A DNA stretch of 64,000 nt, taken from NCBI GenBank assembly GCA_040285745.1, contig JAUFOR010000002.1, forward strand, positions 310,001-374,000. Direction: 5' to 3'. The stretch's first letter is position 1. Every line of letters starts with the position of its first letter. Shown one piece after another: positions 19,453-29,361 of the stretch. The notes beneath the pieces are model-generated. The model searched no databases, was not told where the DNA came from, and saw only the letters and a list, made by a program, of their open reading frames with translations. A program made the translations under genes and the position numbers. Source of the stretch: Barthelona sp. PCE (taxonomy: Eukaryota).

Positions 19453-21906
19453 TTACAGTTGTGTGTCAAATGGTGCAATCATATCGTGCAGATCCGGCAC
19501 ACCCGCGATGAGTCCGTCAAGAACACGACCCTTTGTAACGGCCTTTGCGCTTTCATCCACACCAGTCTTTATCCAACGGGAAAGATCTGTTGAATCAATA
19601 GCCTCAATGATGTTACCCTCAGGCAATCGCAAGAAGCGGCGGTAAGGGATGCGACGCACTTCAATATTCTTTGTTTCCTTGCTGGTCTTCTGTTTTCTGA
19701 AATGCACGTCATCAATTCTGATGACCATGGTGTCAACCTGACCAGGCGGAACGCTATAGTCCACACCAGTGATGAGCGTGTACAGGAAGGCGTCAGTGGC
19801 TGTGTCAGGATCAACATCATCATCAACAAGATCCTTTTTCTCGACAGATATTTCCTTTGCTATGTGTAATTTAGTCTCAAAATCATGGCCTCTAAAACGG
19901 ATAGCACGACGACACACATCTCTTAGCTCTCTCAACGTGATCTCATGGTCGTCAGGGGAGTAGTAAAAGCCAAATGTGTCTGTCATTCTCTGGAACGTAT
20001 CACCTGTTCTTCCGCCAGTATGAATAAACAGAAGATAGTAATATAAGCACATGACAGCGAGGATAATGTACAGAAAGTATATTAGGGTTGTCATCAGAAT
20101 TCCAAAAACTCCTGAGTTCTCTCTAAAATCAAACCAATTGTAAAGATATAAGACTTCATAGTACTTGTGATTAGAAAATATGGCGTCTGTGATGAATTGA
20201 ATGAATGGATCAAGGATTGTGTACATACCAGTAACTGTGATGAAGTTTCCTATTGCAAGCGGTAGAGCTTTACCAAACATTGTCTGAAACGTATACGCCA
20301 TAATAGAAAGGAAAAGCATGAGTACAATAAAAGCTATCAACGGTGCTGCTACTGTGAGGATCTGCACTGAAGCATCTGTAACTAGAATCTCATAGTAAAC
20401 CTTTCCCCAAACATACTTGAAATCAAGACTATACATGGGAATATCAAAATACTGAAGAATGAAAAGTTGCGAAAAGGTCCTCACATACATTCTTGCTGGT
20501 AACCACAATGCAAACATAAGAAGAGTGACGAAGAACTGCCATGAGAAGAGATTGTCAAAATTTAAGTCGGCAGCCATAACTCTCTTAAGAACACGCACTT
20601 TGTTTGCTGCACTTAATTGCCCAGATGTTTCCTTCGGTTGCGGTAGCGAGCTGTTGTAATCCTGTCTAATGGTGGGATCTTTAAGATCATTGGCGAGAAT
20701 ACGCGGCGAGAAGTAGTCAATCTTGGACAATCTCCTATCATGATGAATAACCTTTTTATCGCGTGCAACAAAAGCATCCAGAACAGCAGCGATTTCGGGA
20801 TCTGTTGCTATTTCAGCGACAGCAAACGTGACATATGCATTGCATAGCCACCAATCATGTTTGATCGTTGATAGCCTCTCGCGATAGTTTTGGAATAATG
20901 TTATATCAGAGTCAGGTGCTCCTTTCAGCATAGGAATCGAAAATTTACCACTTAACGGGTGTAAACTCACATCAAATTGAGGGATCAATCCCCATCCGAT
21001 GGTTGTATCCACTGCAGCAGCAGGACCTCTCAATAACACGAGTTCAAACAGAAAAACGCTAGTCGGACTCGCAAGACCAACCGGTGGGACTGATGTGTGC
21101 AGGTCTGGTGAGTCAATCTCGGTGAGGACATCCTCAAATGTACCTCCGTGGGTAAAAGGCTTGGTTGCACTACAGAATAATTCGGATTGCTCTGCCCCTG
21201 TAATTTGAAATGAGGAAACAGGTTTTCTAACACCAAATCCCCACACACTTGGCAGGAAGTTTCTCTTCTTTGGCTTCTTTCTGTCTTCATAACTCCATAA
21301 CCATGGTTCGACTGGGCCACCTACATGTTCGAGTTTCGAAATAACCAAACAATACTGACCATGGGCGCTTCTGTCCTTGAGCCCCCCAAGCGCCTCAACC
21401 TTAATAGAAACAATCTGAGGTTCCTTTTGTGAAAGACGTTTCTGTGCTTTGTGTAGCTTGGCGTACTTACTTGGTCTGCCCAAGTACTCCTCGTTCTTAT
21501 CTCTTCTGTATGTGATTTCGTCCATACCCAGCTTGTGCAGGGACTTGAAAGTTTTGTCCAAGTCAGAAAATCGTTTGTTCAACACAACGGAATTGGACTT
21601 GTCATCCGTCTTCATCAGCTTAATTTCCTTTGTGTGTGCGTGCTTCAACTGGGCGAGACGTCTATCCTGCGCAGCTCTAACAGCAGCTAAATCTTTTTCG
21701 TACACAGCAACACGACTTTCATAACGTGCCCTCTTCTCTTCCTCAGCTTGTCGTGCTAAGTCATCTAGTTTCCCTTTGTTCAGACCTACTACGTAAATAG
21801 CCTGATCGAGTGCTTCGTCCTCTAAGTCGCCGACCAAATCGGGAGGCTTAAACTTAGTTAACTTACTTTCAAGCTGTTGGAGCTCATAAACGAGATCTTC
21901 AGCCAT
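19453..21906 (-). CDS. OFCC1-like protein (coiled coil, C2-like domain, multi-TM)
   Basis: FLFELVLLRG...IGWG..P...GKFSIPMLKG, WLCNAY and the TM block ending IHTGGRTGD resemble the orofacial cleft 1 candidate family. Confidence 0.65.
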   Translation of the reverse strand: MAEDLVYELQQLESKLTKFKPPDLVGDLEDEALDQAIYVVGLNKGKLDDLARQAEEEKRARYESRVAVYEKDLAAVRAAQDRRLAQLKHAHTKEIKLMKTDDKSNSVVLNKRFSDLDKTFKSLHKLGMDEITYRRDKNEEYLGRPSKYAKLHKAQKRLSQKEPQIVSIKVEALGGLKDRSAHGQYCLVISKLEHVGGPVEPWLWSYEDRKKPKKRNFLPSVWGFGVRKPVSSFQITGAEQSELFCSATKPFTHGGTFEDVLTEIDSPDLHTSVPPVGLASPTSVFLFELVLLRGPAAAVDTTIGWGLIPQFDVSLHPLSGKFSIPMLKGAPDSDITLFQNYRERLSTIKHDWWLCNAYVTFAVAEIATDPEIAAVLDAFVARDKKVIHHDRRLSKIDYFSPRILANDLKDPTIRQDYNSSLPQPKETSGQLSAANKVRVLKRVMAADLNFDNLFSWQFFVTLLMFALWLPARMYVRTFSQLFILQYFDIPMYSLDFKYVWGKVYYEILVTDASVQILTVAAPLIAFIVLMLFLSIMAYTFQTMFGKALPLAIGNFITVTGMYTILDPFIQFITDAIFSNHKYYEVLYLYNWFDFRENSGVFGILMTTLIYFLYIILAVMCLYYYLLFIHTGGRTGDTFQRMTDTFGFYYSPDDHEITLRELRDVCRRAIRFRGHDFETKLHIAKEISVEKKDLVDDDVDPDTATDAFLYTLITGVDYSVPPGQVDTMVIRIDDVHFRKQKTSKETKNIEVRRIPYRRFLRLPEGNIIEAIDSTDLSRWIKTGVDESAKAVTKGRVLDGLIAGVPDLHDMIAPFDTQL

Positions 21907-21991
21907 AAGGTGAGCGTATTAAATGCAAGAAATGCAAAAATTAGTTGGATAAGGTACCCAAATGTAAAAACAACATAAACCTTACTATTTA

Positions 21992-22924
21992 CTAGGCGCT
22001 GGAAAGCATATCAATCATTGGCTTCAAAAGAATGGCAATGACAATAAATAAAATGATCATACAACAACACATACGTTTTCTAGCTTTTTTCTTTGCAGTA
22101 ATTGCCTTATTTAAATTCTCATTTGCTCTTACGATATAGCTATAACTCTCTGTAACGTTTTGATCAATCTCATTAATCTGTTCCTTCTGAATTTCCAATA
22201 GAACACCAAACTCTTGGAATAATTCTTGCAAATGCGATAAACTCTTTGAAATAGCCTGTACTTCACGATGCCTCTCAAGCACAATGTTTAATGCTGTATT
22301 AACTTCCACTTCACGACTGGTCATGTTCTGTTTTTCCATTAACAAATCGTCTAATCTGTCAGAAGCCAACAGTTCTTCAAGATCTTCATCAGAAATGTTT
22401 TTATCAACGTTGATTTTGTACTGTGTCTTCAAAGATTTTGCTTTCTCTTCCTTGTATTGATTTTGGACTTCCATAAAGCGCTTAAGCATCTTAGAAAAGC
22501 TAGTTGTGAGACCCTTATGCAAGTTAATACGAACAACAAGGTTGGGTGAGGCACCGCCATTAGCGTTATCTTCCATTTCAATTGCATCATTCTGATCTTT
22601 AAAATCATCAAGATCTGCCCTGATATTTTGAATACTATCATTGATAGATCCACGTAAAGAATTGAATTCTTCATTGAGTCTGGCATAAGATTGATCACTA
22701 TGCTGAGCTAGAAGAGCTGTATGTGTTTCAAGTAGGTCATCCATCATATTTTGACATTGTTGAATCTTGGATTTGATGTCTTCGCTGAAACTATAGACTT
22801 TGTCCATCTCATCATCCTGCTAAATATCAGCTAATCAATTATAACAAAATTTTCATACCGTATCAATCTCCACTAGTTCTGCTTTCTGTGCCCCGTTAAG
22901 TAATTCGCTGAATCTATCAGTCAT
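21992..22924 (-). CDS. Qa-SNARE syntaxin, plasma-membrane type (exons 22924-22859 and 22819-21992, 297 aa)
   Basis: Spliced N-peptide MTDRFSELL; SNARE motif ERHREV...LQELF...IQKEQINEID; KKARKRMCCC then TM. Confidence 0.93.
22820..22858 (-). other. Spliceosomal intron, 39 nt, phase 0, in syntaxin
   Basis: GTATGA...GCTGATATTTAG; contains an in-frame TGA; removal adds the syntaxin MxDRxxEL N-peptide. Confidence 0.9.
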
Positions 22925-23588
22925 ATGAATTTGTTTTGGCTTCTGTGAGTGAAATGGGTTAGAAAAGTGAAACAACCCATATAAGACCAATTTTGCATAT
23001 AAATATATTATTGTATGGTTTATTATACCGATTAAGATTCAAATATTCTTGGTTTTTTATGAGATATCTTGTGTTTGCCCTAAATTAGATATTTCGATAC
23101 AACACTTGTTTAGCTTCTAGCGTTTATTTTAACGAGTTTTGCTGTATCTAATTCAGCAATATATGTAAATTACTGGCTTGTATAAAGATATGCAAATTGC
23201 CGGTGAATTGGACACAAATCAAACTACGTTCCACGCAGTATTTTCCCACTTTGAAACAGTATAAAACTTGGATATGGTCAAATAACCGCAACATTCTGGA
23301 ATAAGGAAATAATAAGAAGCTTTTTCAAGACTTAACCTGTTTTATGGTATACTATCACCATATACAACACATTCTTCCTGCATCATACACTACAAAACAT
23401 ATTAAAATAGTCTATTAATAAACAAAAAAGCATTAACTTTGCAGGATGCTTTCTGCCTTTGATGATATCGCACACATCTCATCATGTCAAAGCTCCCTAA
23501 TAAGGCGTCATTCACCCCCGTTTTCGAGCAGTGCAGCTTGATCGATCTGCATTCATTTATTTCCCTTTTCCTATCTTTAAAAGTAATA

Positions 23589-24011
23589 ATGTTCGACTCA
23601 GATGATAAGAAACCGAGCGTAACCGCTTATACCTCGGGAGCAAGCTTTGCCTTGGCTATGTGGTTGATGATCGGATCCGTTATTGAATCAGGAACCGATT
23701 TGTCAAAGGCCAATATGTGGCTTCACTGGCTTCCCTACATTTTCACAATGTTGGGAACATTCCTGTTAAATTTTATTAACCCTAGCTCAATATTCGATAA
23801 CTCTGCTGATGTAGGAGCCAGATGTGTTGTTTTTGTGAGCTTAATCGTTGCTTTCGCCGGTGTTGTTTGCAGTTTCGTATTTATTTTTATGCAACCGGCT
23901 TTTTACGCTGAAACTCATTCTGCTTACCTCCAGGTTGGAGCTAACATTGCAGTCTTCCTTGCCAGCATCATCTGGCTTTATGGTAAGTCTGATTCAGGCT
24001 CCATGATGTAG
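23589..24011 (+). CDS. VPS68: Vps68/TMEM50 (UPF0220) membrane protein
   Basis: AYTSGASFALAMWLMI, WLPYIFTMLGTFLLN, GARCVVF; four TM segments, 140 aa. Confidence 0.8.
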   Translation: MFDSDDKKPSVTAYTSGASFALAMWLMIGSVIESGTDLSKANMWLHWLPYIFTMLGTFLLNFINPSSIFDNSADVGARCVVFVSLIVAFAGVVCSFVFIFMQPAFYAETHSAYLQVGANIAVFLASIIWLYGKSDSGSMM

Positions 24012-24080
24012 ATAACCCATCTGTTTGTAAATACGTAACATCATATTGTTTGTATACTCAATTTTTTCCTCTTCAAAAAA

Positions 24081-24710
24081 ATGTCAGAACCACCAAAAAA
24101 GGTTCAACGGGTCGCACTTCCTTCAAACCTAATTGATATGCGTTTAAAGCAACTGGGCCAACCAATATTTTTATTCAATGAATCTGATTGTGATAGGCAA
24201 GAGCGTGCCATGGGACAACCTCTACAAAGTATTCCGTCTACCAATCCACCAGATTATAGAATCCCGAAGGTTCAGTTTTCTCAACATATTAATAATTCTG
24301 TTAGAAAACCTTCACCCGATGAGTTAAACACGCTCAATGGACTATACCAGGAGTTGTTACACCGAGCTCATACTATAGTACCTGAAAAGGTGAAGTTATC
24401 ATCTACTTTTATCAACGCTTTTAATTTTGCCAGTCTTTCACCTGATAATATGAATGTAATCAGCAGGATGCTTCGGTCCATGCTGTTCCCCACATCAGAA
24501 AAGGTGACATACATGTCATTTAAACAAAATCTAATGAACTGCTTCTTTGGTAACTCGAACTATCCACTAGGCTTGACTTCCAACATCATTTACAGGGAGG
24601 AGAACCGGTTTGACGATCGAAACACACGCAAGGATAGTCAGATCAGTGCAGAGACGATGCAGCTCGTCAGACATACGCTTAAACTCGTGCACCCTTTAAT
24701 CCATACTTGA
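24081..24710 (+). CDS. Hypothetical protein, 209 aa
   Basis: ATG after an A-rich context, N-terminal PPKKVQR (NLS-like); 3' end overlaps LCB2 by 32 nt. Confidence 0.6.
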   Translation: MSEPPKKVQRVALPSNLIDMRLKQLGQPIFLFNESDCDRQERAMGQPLQSIPSTNPPDYRIPKVQFSQHINNSVRKPSPDELNTLNGLYQELLHRAHTIVPEKVKLSSTFINAFNFASLSPDNMNVISRMLRSMLFPTSEKVTYMSFKQNLMNCFFGNSNYPLGLTSNIIYREENRFDDRNTRKDSQISAETMQLVRHTLKLVHPLIHT

Positions 24711-26139
24711 TGTCGCACAGTTCTCCGACCTCGTCTATGCGCTCAATGCACCACTTAAGCTCGTCCATCGTGTGTCCTGCGCTAAGACAGAATCGAACAC
24801 GACCGAGTAGAAGAGGGACGGCTGGATATCCAACTGTGACGCATGCCAAACCACGTTTCATCGCCTCCCTCCCAAAAGCAGCTATCTTTCCCGGGTGGTA
24901 GAGCATCACAGGAACAACTAGGCTGTCACGGGAACCTATGCAGAAGAAGCCTCGTTCCTCCAGTTCACTTCGGAAGTAGTTTGCATTCCGTACAGCACAT
25001 GCAATCCGCTCCTTGCCCGCAGACGTCTCAAGGAAACAGAAGGCCTCATATGCCTGTCTGGCAGATACGCTCGACATGACCGGACACTGGGTGGTCGCCT
25101 CTCCATGATAGCTAATGTAGTCAATTAGTGATGCATCGGCTGCAACATACCCCCCGACACTCCCGAATGATTTTGTGAACGTTCCCATAAGCACTTCAAC
25201 ATTACTGGGATCTACTCCATGATATTCACATACACCTCTACCATTTGAGCCAAGTGATCCAATTGAGTGTGCCTCATCAATGAAAAGAAAGAACTTATAC
25301 TTCTCTTTGAGCGCCATAAACGCTGGCAGTTGCAAAATTTCGCCCTCCATCGAGTATATTCCTTCGACGATAACCCATATCCTCTGGTATCTGCATGAGA
25401 GGATACCTGCTCTCAGCAGGCGCTCGAGCTGCTCGAAGTTGTTGTGTTCAAAGCATTCAATTTTTGCTGCTGAGCGTCGCATGCCACAAACCAAACTGGC
25501 ATGATTGAGTGAATCACTCAATAGCAAATCCTTTTCTTGGAATAGAGCAGTTAACAAACCGCTGTTGGTTGCAAATCCCTGTCCGCACACAATTGCGCTC
25601 TCCTTTCCAACAAAATTGGCAACTTTCTGCTCCAGCTGATAAACTTCCTTAGTTTTCAAAAAGCTTGAACCGTAGTACATACATGGACTCACACCCACGT
25701 CTAGCAACGTCTCCATGCTGCTCTGGACACACTTTTCGTTGCCCACAAGATCCAAATAATTATAGCTTCCCAAGTTCAGTAATGTGACAGGTTTTGTTTT
25801 TTGCATGACGTTTCCCAAAAGAGGATTGACCATCTGTGTCTTTGCAGACACCCAAGTGCCAGGCATGCTGAAGATGGGTGTGTTGAATCGATCCGCAGTA
25901 CGACTGTAGAACCGTCGACGATAGAAGCTTTCTGAGCTCTCGACCCATAACCGGCCTCTATGTTGTTTCTTGATCACAAGGCGTGAAAACAACTCTGCAA
26001 TGTGACCGAAAATAAGCAAAAAACAGTATCCAACATATACAGCGAGAATTTGGCTTTTTCCAAGTTTTTTCTCGTGTTCATTGATCACAACTGTAGGCCC
26101 ATATTCTTCCCTCTCCACGATAACGCTGCTGCTAACCAT
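24679..26139 (-). CDS. LCB2: Serine palmitoyltransferase catalytic subunit LCB2
   Basis: LNLGSYNYL, SDSLNHAS, EGIYSMEG, DEAHSIG, GTFTKSFG (PLP lysine), RFCLSAGH. Confidence 0.95.
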   Translation of the reverse strand: MVSSSVIVEREEYGPTVVINEHEKKLGKSQILAVYVGYCFLLIFGHIAELFSRLVIKKQHRGRLWVESSESFYRRRFYSRTADRFNTPIFSMPGTWVSAKTQMVNPLLGNVMQKTKPVTLLNLGSYNYLDLVGNEKCVQSSMETLLDVGVSPCMYYGSSFLKTKEVYQLEQKVANFVGKESAIVCGQGFATNSGLLTALFQEKDLLLSDSLNHASLVCGMRRSAAKIECFEHNNFEQLERLLRAGILSCRYQRIWVIVEGIYSMEGEILQLPAFMALKEKYKFFLFIDEAHSIGSLGSNGRGVCEYHGVDPSNVEVLMGTFTKSFGSVGGYVAADASLIDYISYHGEATTQCPVMSSVSARQAYEAFCFLETSAGKERIACAVRNANYFRSELEERGFFCIGSRDSLVVPVMLYHPGKIAAFGREAMKRGLACVTVGYPAVPLLLGRVRFCLSAGHTMDELKWCIERIDEVGELCDIKYGLKGARV

Positions 26140-26417
26140 ATTTTTGCGCTGTATAACTGTAAAGAGTAAGATTCACTATAGCACGAGTTTCACATATAAC
26201 GGATCAATACCATGGACCATTGTATATGCTTTTCCTGGATCTGACATGTAACAAAGAAATAAAGCAAGTAGTTGAATACAATGCAATTTCCTTATTTTGG
26301 TTCCTTTTTATGGAATAATTAGTGGCTTTTCAACGTTTAAACGAGTATTGATATCCATGGATCCATATTATTCAGTGTTCAACATGTTTTCAAGTATAAC
26401 ATCAATTTCTTGTACTT

Positions 26418-27485
26418 ATGTCGGATTTAGCGCTTCCTTTCCTTTATGTTGGACTGTCATCGGAGATGATGGCAGTGCTTCAGCAACGTATGCACGCACA
26501 AAAGATCAACCCTCAAAAATCTCAGCGTGTTTTCAGAGAATTAATGACCAGCATGTTTGCAGATGAGGTGCTTGAACCCTTCTATGCCCCACAGGATCTT
26601 TTTGATCTCAAGAGCATGGCTGCAGTCTTCACACGTGCTGCACACACATCCATTATGAAGCTCAGTGCAAACTCAATGCACCGACTTTTTGAGTTGATGA
26701 CAATGGGCTTCAAGACGAAGTTACTACAGATGCCATCTTCATTTTTCTTTTTTGAGCTCATAGAGAATTATATTTCTTTTATGCAGTCTCTTGTTGCTCA
26801 CGGTAACACAATGGAATTGTTGAACATTTTCATGAACCGCCTGAGGGGTACATATAACAAGCTCCACATTATGGATAAACATAATATTTATCAAACCCTA
26901 CTAAATGCTTTTCAAAGCAATAATGTTCGTGTATCCATCCTCCTTCAAGAACATCTACAATATGACAATGGTGTTTGTAAGTTCTTAGCCCAACGTGATG
27001 TACCTGAGACATCATATAAGGATATTCGAGTTTTGGATCCAAATGCTCTAAAAATTTTTAATGTACATACAGATTTCAATTATTCTTACGGTTTGGAGAA
27101 CGTATACATGAAGAATGCCAAGTCTAATGCAAAATTAACTCCTTCTGGTGCAATTCAACAAGCAAAGCTAGCAAGTCCAGAAAAACCTGCTGTCGTTCAG
27201 CGTGTGAAACCAAAGAAGACACCTGTTAAGTCAGTAACAGGTCAACAGGAGGTTGATGGTATGCTTTCGCAGCTAGTAATGGATTCTTCAGTAGATTTTA
27301 ACATTGATTTCGATGCACTTATTATGGATGAATCAATAACGAAGTATGAAGACAGTGATGAAGATGAAGAAGTGGTAGTTCAGGCAGTTAAAGCAAAACA
27401 TACAAAGAGCAATCGCTTTAATATGGATGATTTTGATTTTAGTGATGATGAAGGTGGAGAAACCAATTTATTAGATTTACTTTAA
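26418..27485 (+). CDS. OSCP1: OSCP1/NOR1 family protein
   Basis: LPFLY...EMMAVLQQRMHAQ, AHTSIMKLSANSMHRLFELMTMGFK, VRVSILL; acidic LLDLL tail. Confidence 0.88.
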   Translation: MSDLALPFLYVGLSSEMMAVLQQRMHAQKINPQKSQRVFRELMTSMFADEVLEPFYAPQDLFDLKSMAAVFTRAAHTSIMKLSANSMHRLFELMTMGFKTKLLQMPSSFFFFELIENYISFMQSLVAHGNTMELLNIFMNRLRGTYNKLHIMDKHNIYQTLLNAFQSNNVRVSILLQEHLQYDNGVCKFLAQRDVPETSYKDIRVLDPNALKIFNVHTDFNYSYGLENVYMKNAKSNAKLTPSGAIQQAKLASPEKPAVVQRVKPKKTPVKSVTGQQEVDGMLSQLVMDSSVDFNIDFDALIMDESITKYEDSDEDEEVVVQAVKAKHTKSNRFNMDDFDFSDDEGGETNLLDLL

Positions 27486-27514
27486 TTATAAATTAATCCA
27501 GGAGTTAATAAAAG

Positions 27515-29293
27515 TCAAGCATCTAAGATATCCAACACATGAACCTTCAAACTTTCATATTGTCGTCTGTTCAACCCATGTTCTTTGCTGAATAACTTAA
27601 TAACTTCTTCTGGATCATTATCTTCATAAATACAGAGTCGATGTGTAATATTAGGTCTTACATCAACATCCATCTCAAATAAAAGACTGCTGTTGAGCTG
27701 TTGTTTCAATTGTTCCAATACTCCTGACAACTGTTTCTTCAATTTTGCAGTTTTGTTCGGATGCAGACTATATGTCTTTCCAAAACTGTTCACAATGTCT
27801 TCTATGGAGTCATTTGCTCTCAAAACGATTGTACCTTTCTTGGTATTACTGATTTGAACTTCAATTCTTGCGCTTGGTTCCGAACTCTTTCTTTTTTGAG
27901 ATGCAAGGAATTTCTCCCCATGAAAACGGAAGCCAACTGGTGTTGTGGGGACGTACTGTTCATAAGACATCTCTCTTGTCCTGCTGTTCTCATAAAACTC
28001 CTTCAATCGAATGTTTGTGTTTGCCAATTTTTGTTTGATGAGCGTTGCAATTCGTGATGTGATTCTGCTATCAAGGTGGAACGTTTTAACAACAATCTCC
28101 GCCACATTTTCTGCGCTATCACCATCATATACCCGTACACTAACTAGCTCATTTGCTGGGGCAGGTAACATCAACTCAAAAAGAACTGAATTTCTTACCT
28201 CATCCTTCTCAAGCTGCTGTTTGAATAAACGCTGTCTTGGTGTCATTACAGGAGAGGGATTCTTCCCTTCAGTACCATATCGCTCGAAGGTGCCATTCAA
28301 ATCTTGTGGTGTTTGAGGAACACTGTCTAGCATCAGATCGTCCAGCGCATCGAACCGGTCTGACATCCTGTCTGGAGTCATTGGTACTTCTTTTTTCATT
28401 GGCATATCCAAATCAGACACGTGTAACTCACCTTCGATCGGTCTCAATGGAGATGGTGACGTCAGTTGGGCCAACAGCTCATTTAATTCATTGTATCTAC
28501 TGGCAAGTTTGGGATTTGACAGTCGAAGATTCTCTTGATGCTTGATCTTTTTCAATTCACTAATATCTTGCTCTGACAATGTATCAACGCCACCAGTGCT
28601 CATAAACTCTGATACGGTATCTGAGAAATCCATGCTACCAAATGCCTGATCATCAACTACTTCTGCTGGACGGAATTGTGATGTATTTGTTGGAACATTT
28701 GACACTGGTGTGAGGATCTCCTTCGGTTCTGGGAGAGATGCGGTGGATAACGCCCGAACTATTGGATCTTCAGGAACGCTATTATCATAATTTGTGGGAG
28801 TAATATGCACTCCTAACAATCGCTTCAATAAGGATACATTTTGGTTTGTTTTAGATGATACATGCATGAAAAAGAACCCATTGCTCACAGCATATGACTC
28901 GACTTGTGTATAACTAACTGCATTTTTGCTTGTAAAACTTTCATCAAGCTTCAACCCCAAAAGTATTTGAGTTGGTGGAAGAGCATTTAAACTTCCAAGA
29001 GCACTTGGGATCCATATCTCTTTCACAGAGTTGAACGTTTCTAACTTGCTGCAATCATAACAAAAAATTATACAATCAACATTTGACAAATAATCACACA
29101 ATACATAGTCTTCTGCGAGTTCCTCGGCACATATATCGTGGAGCTCGACCTCGTTGTCCCCAAGCATGGTAGAATGAGTCTCCATATCCAACGTTTGTGA
29201 ATATGAAGATTTGAACTCTAACCCGCATAACTTTCGAATTATTTGCGTCTTTCCAACCTTCTCGTCCCCAACAAAACATAGCTTCAATACCAT
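27515..29293 (-). CDS. Divergent Rab-like GTPase domain plus long linker plus three repeated C-terminal domains
   Basis: LKLCFVGDEKVGKT, G3 DICA, G4 LKLD, G5 SSK; repeats VRVYDGDSAE / IVLRANDSIE / LCIYEDNDPE each followed by F..x(H/Y)xL. Confidence 0.7.
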   Translation of the reverse strand: MVLKLCFVGDEKVGKTQIIRKLCGLEFKSSYSQTLDMETHSTMLGDNEVELHDICAEELAEDYVLCDYLSNVDCIIFCYDCSKLETFNSVKEIWIPSALGSLNALPPTQILLGLKLDESFTSKNAVSYTQVESYAVSNGFFFMHVSSKTNQNVSLLKRLLGVHITPTNYDNSVPEDPIVRALSTASLPEPKEILTPVSNVPTNTSQFRPAEVVDDQAFGSMDFSDTVSEFMSTGGVDTLSEQDISELKKIKHQENLRLSNPKLASRYNELNELLAQLTSPSPLRPIEGELHVSDLDMPMKKEVPMTPDRMSDRFDALDDLMLDSVPQTPQDLNGTFERYGTEGKNPSPVMTPRQRLFKQQLEKDEVRNSVLFELMLPAPANELVSVRVYDGDSAENVAEIVVKTFHLDSRITSRIATLIKQKLANTNIRLKEFYENSRTREMSYEQYVPTTPVGFRFHGEKFLASQKRKSSEPSARIEVQISNTKKGTIVLRANDSIEDIVNSFGKTYSLHPNKTAKLKKQLSGVLEQLKQQLNSSLLFEMDVDVRPNITHRLCIYEDNDPEEVIKLFSKEHGLNRRQYESLKVHVLDILDA

Positions 29294-29361
29294 TGCTCAA
29301 AATATGGTTAAAGCCTCAAGAAAGGGTGCTAAAGCGAAAACAACCCATTTCTTTAGATTTC

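Noticed and set aside
22925-23588. tRNA, snRNA or snoRNA genes in the larger spacers (also 41618-42140 and 58805-59457)
   Set aside because: No cloverleaf, U2/U5/U6 core motif or C/D box pair found by eye; divergent RNAs cannot be excluded without an Infernal scan.
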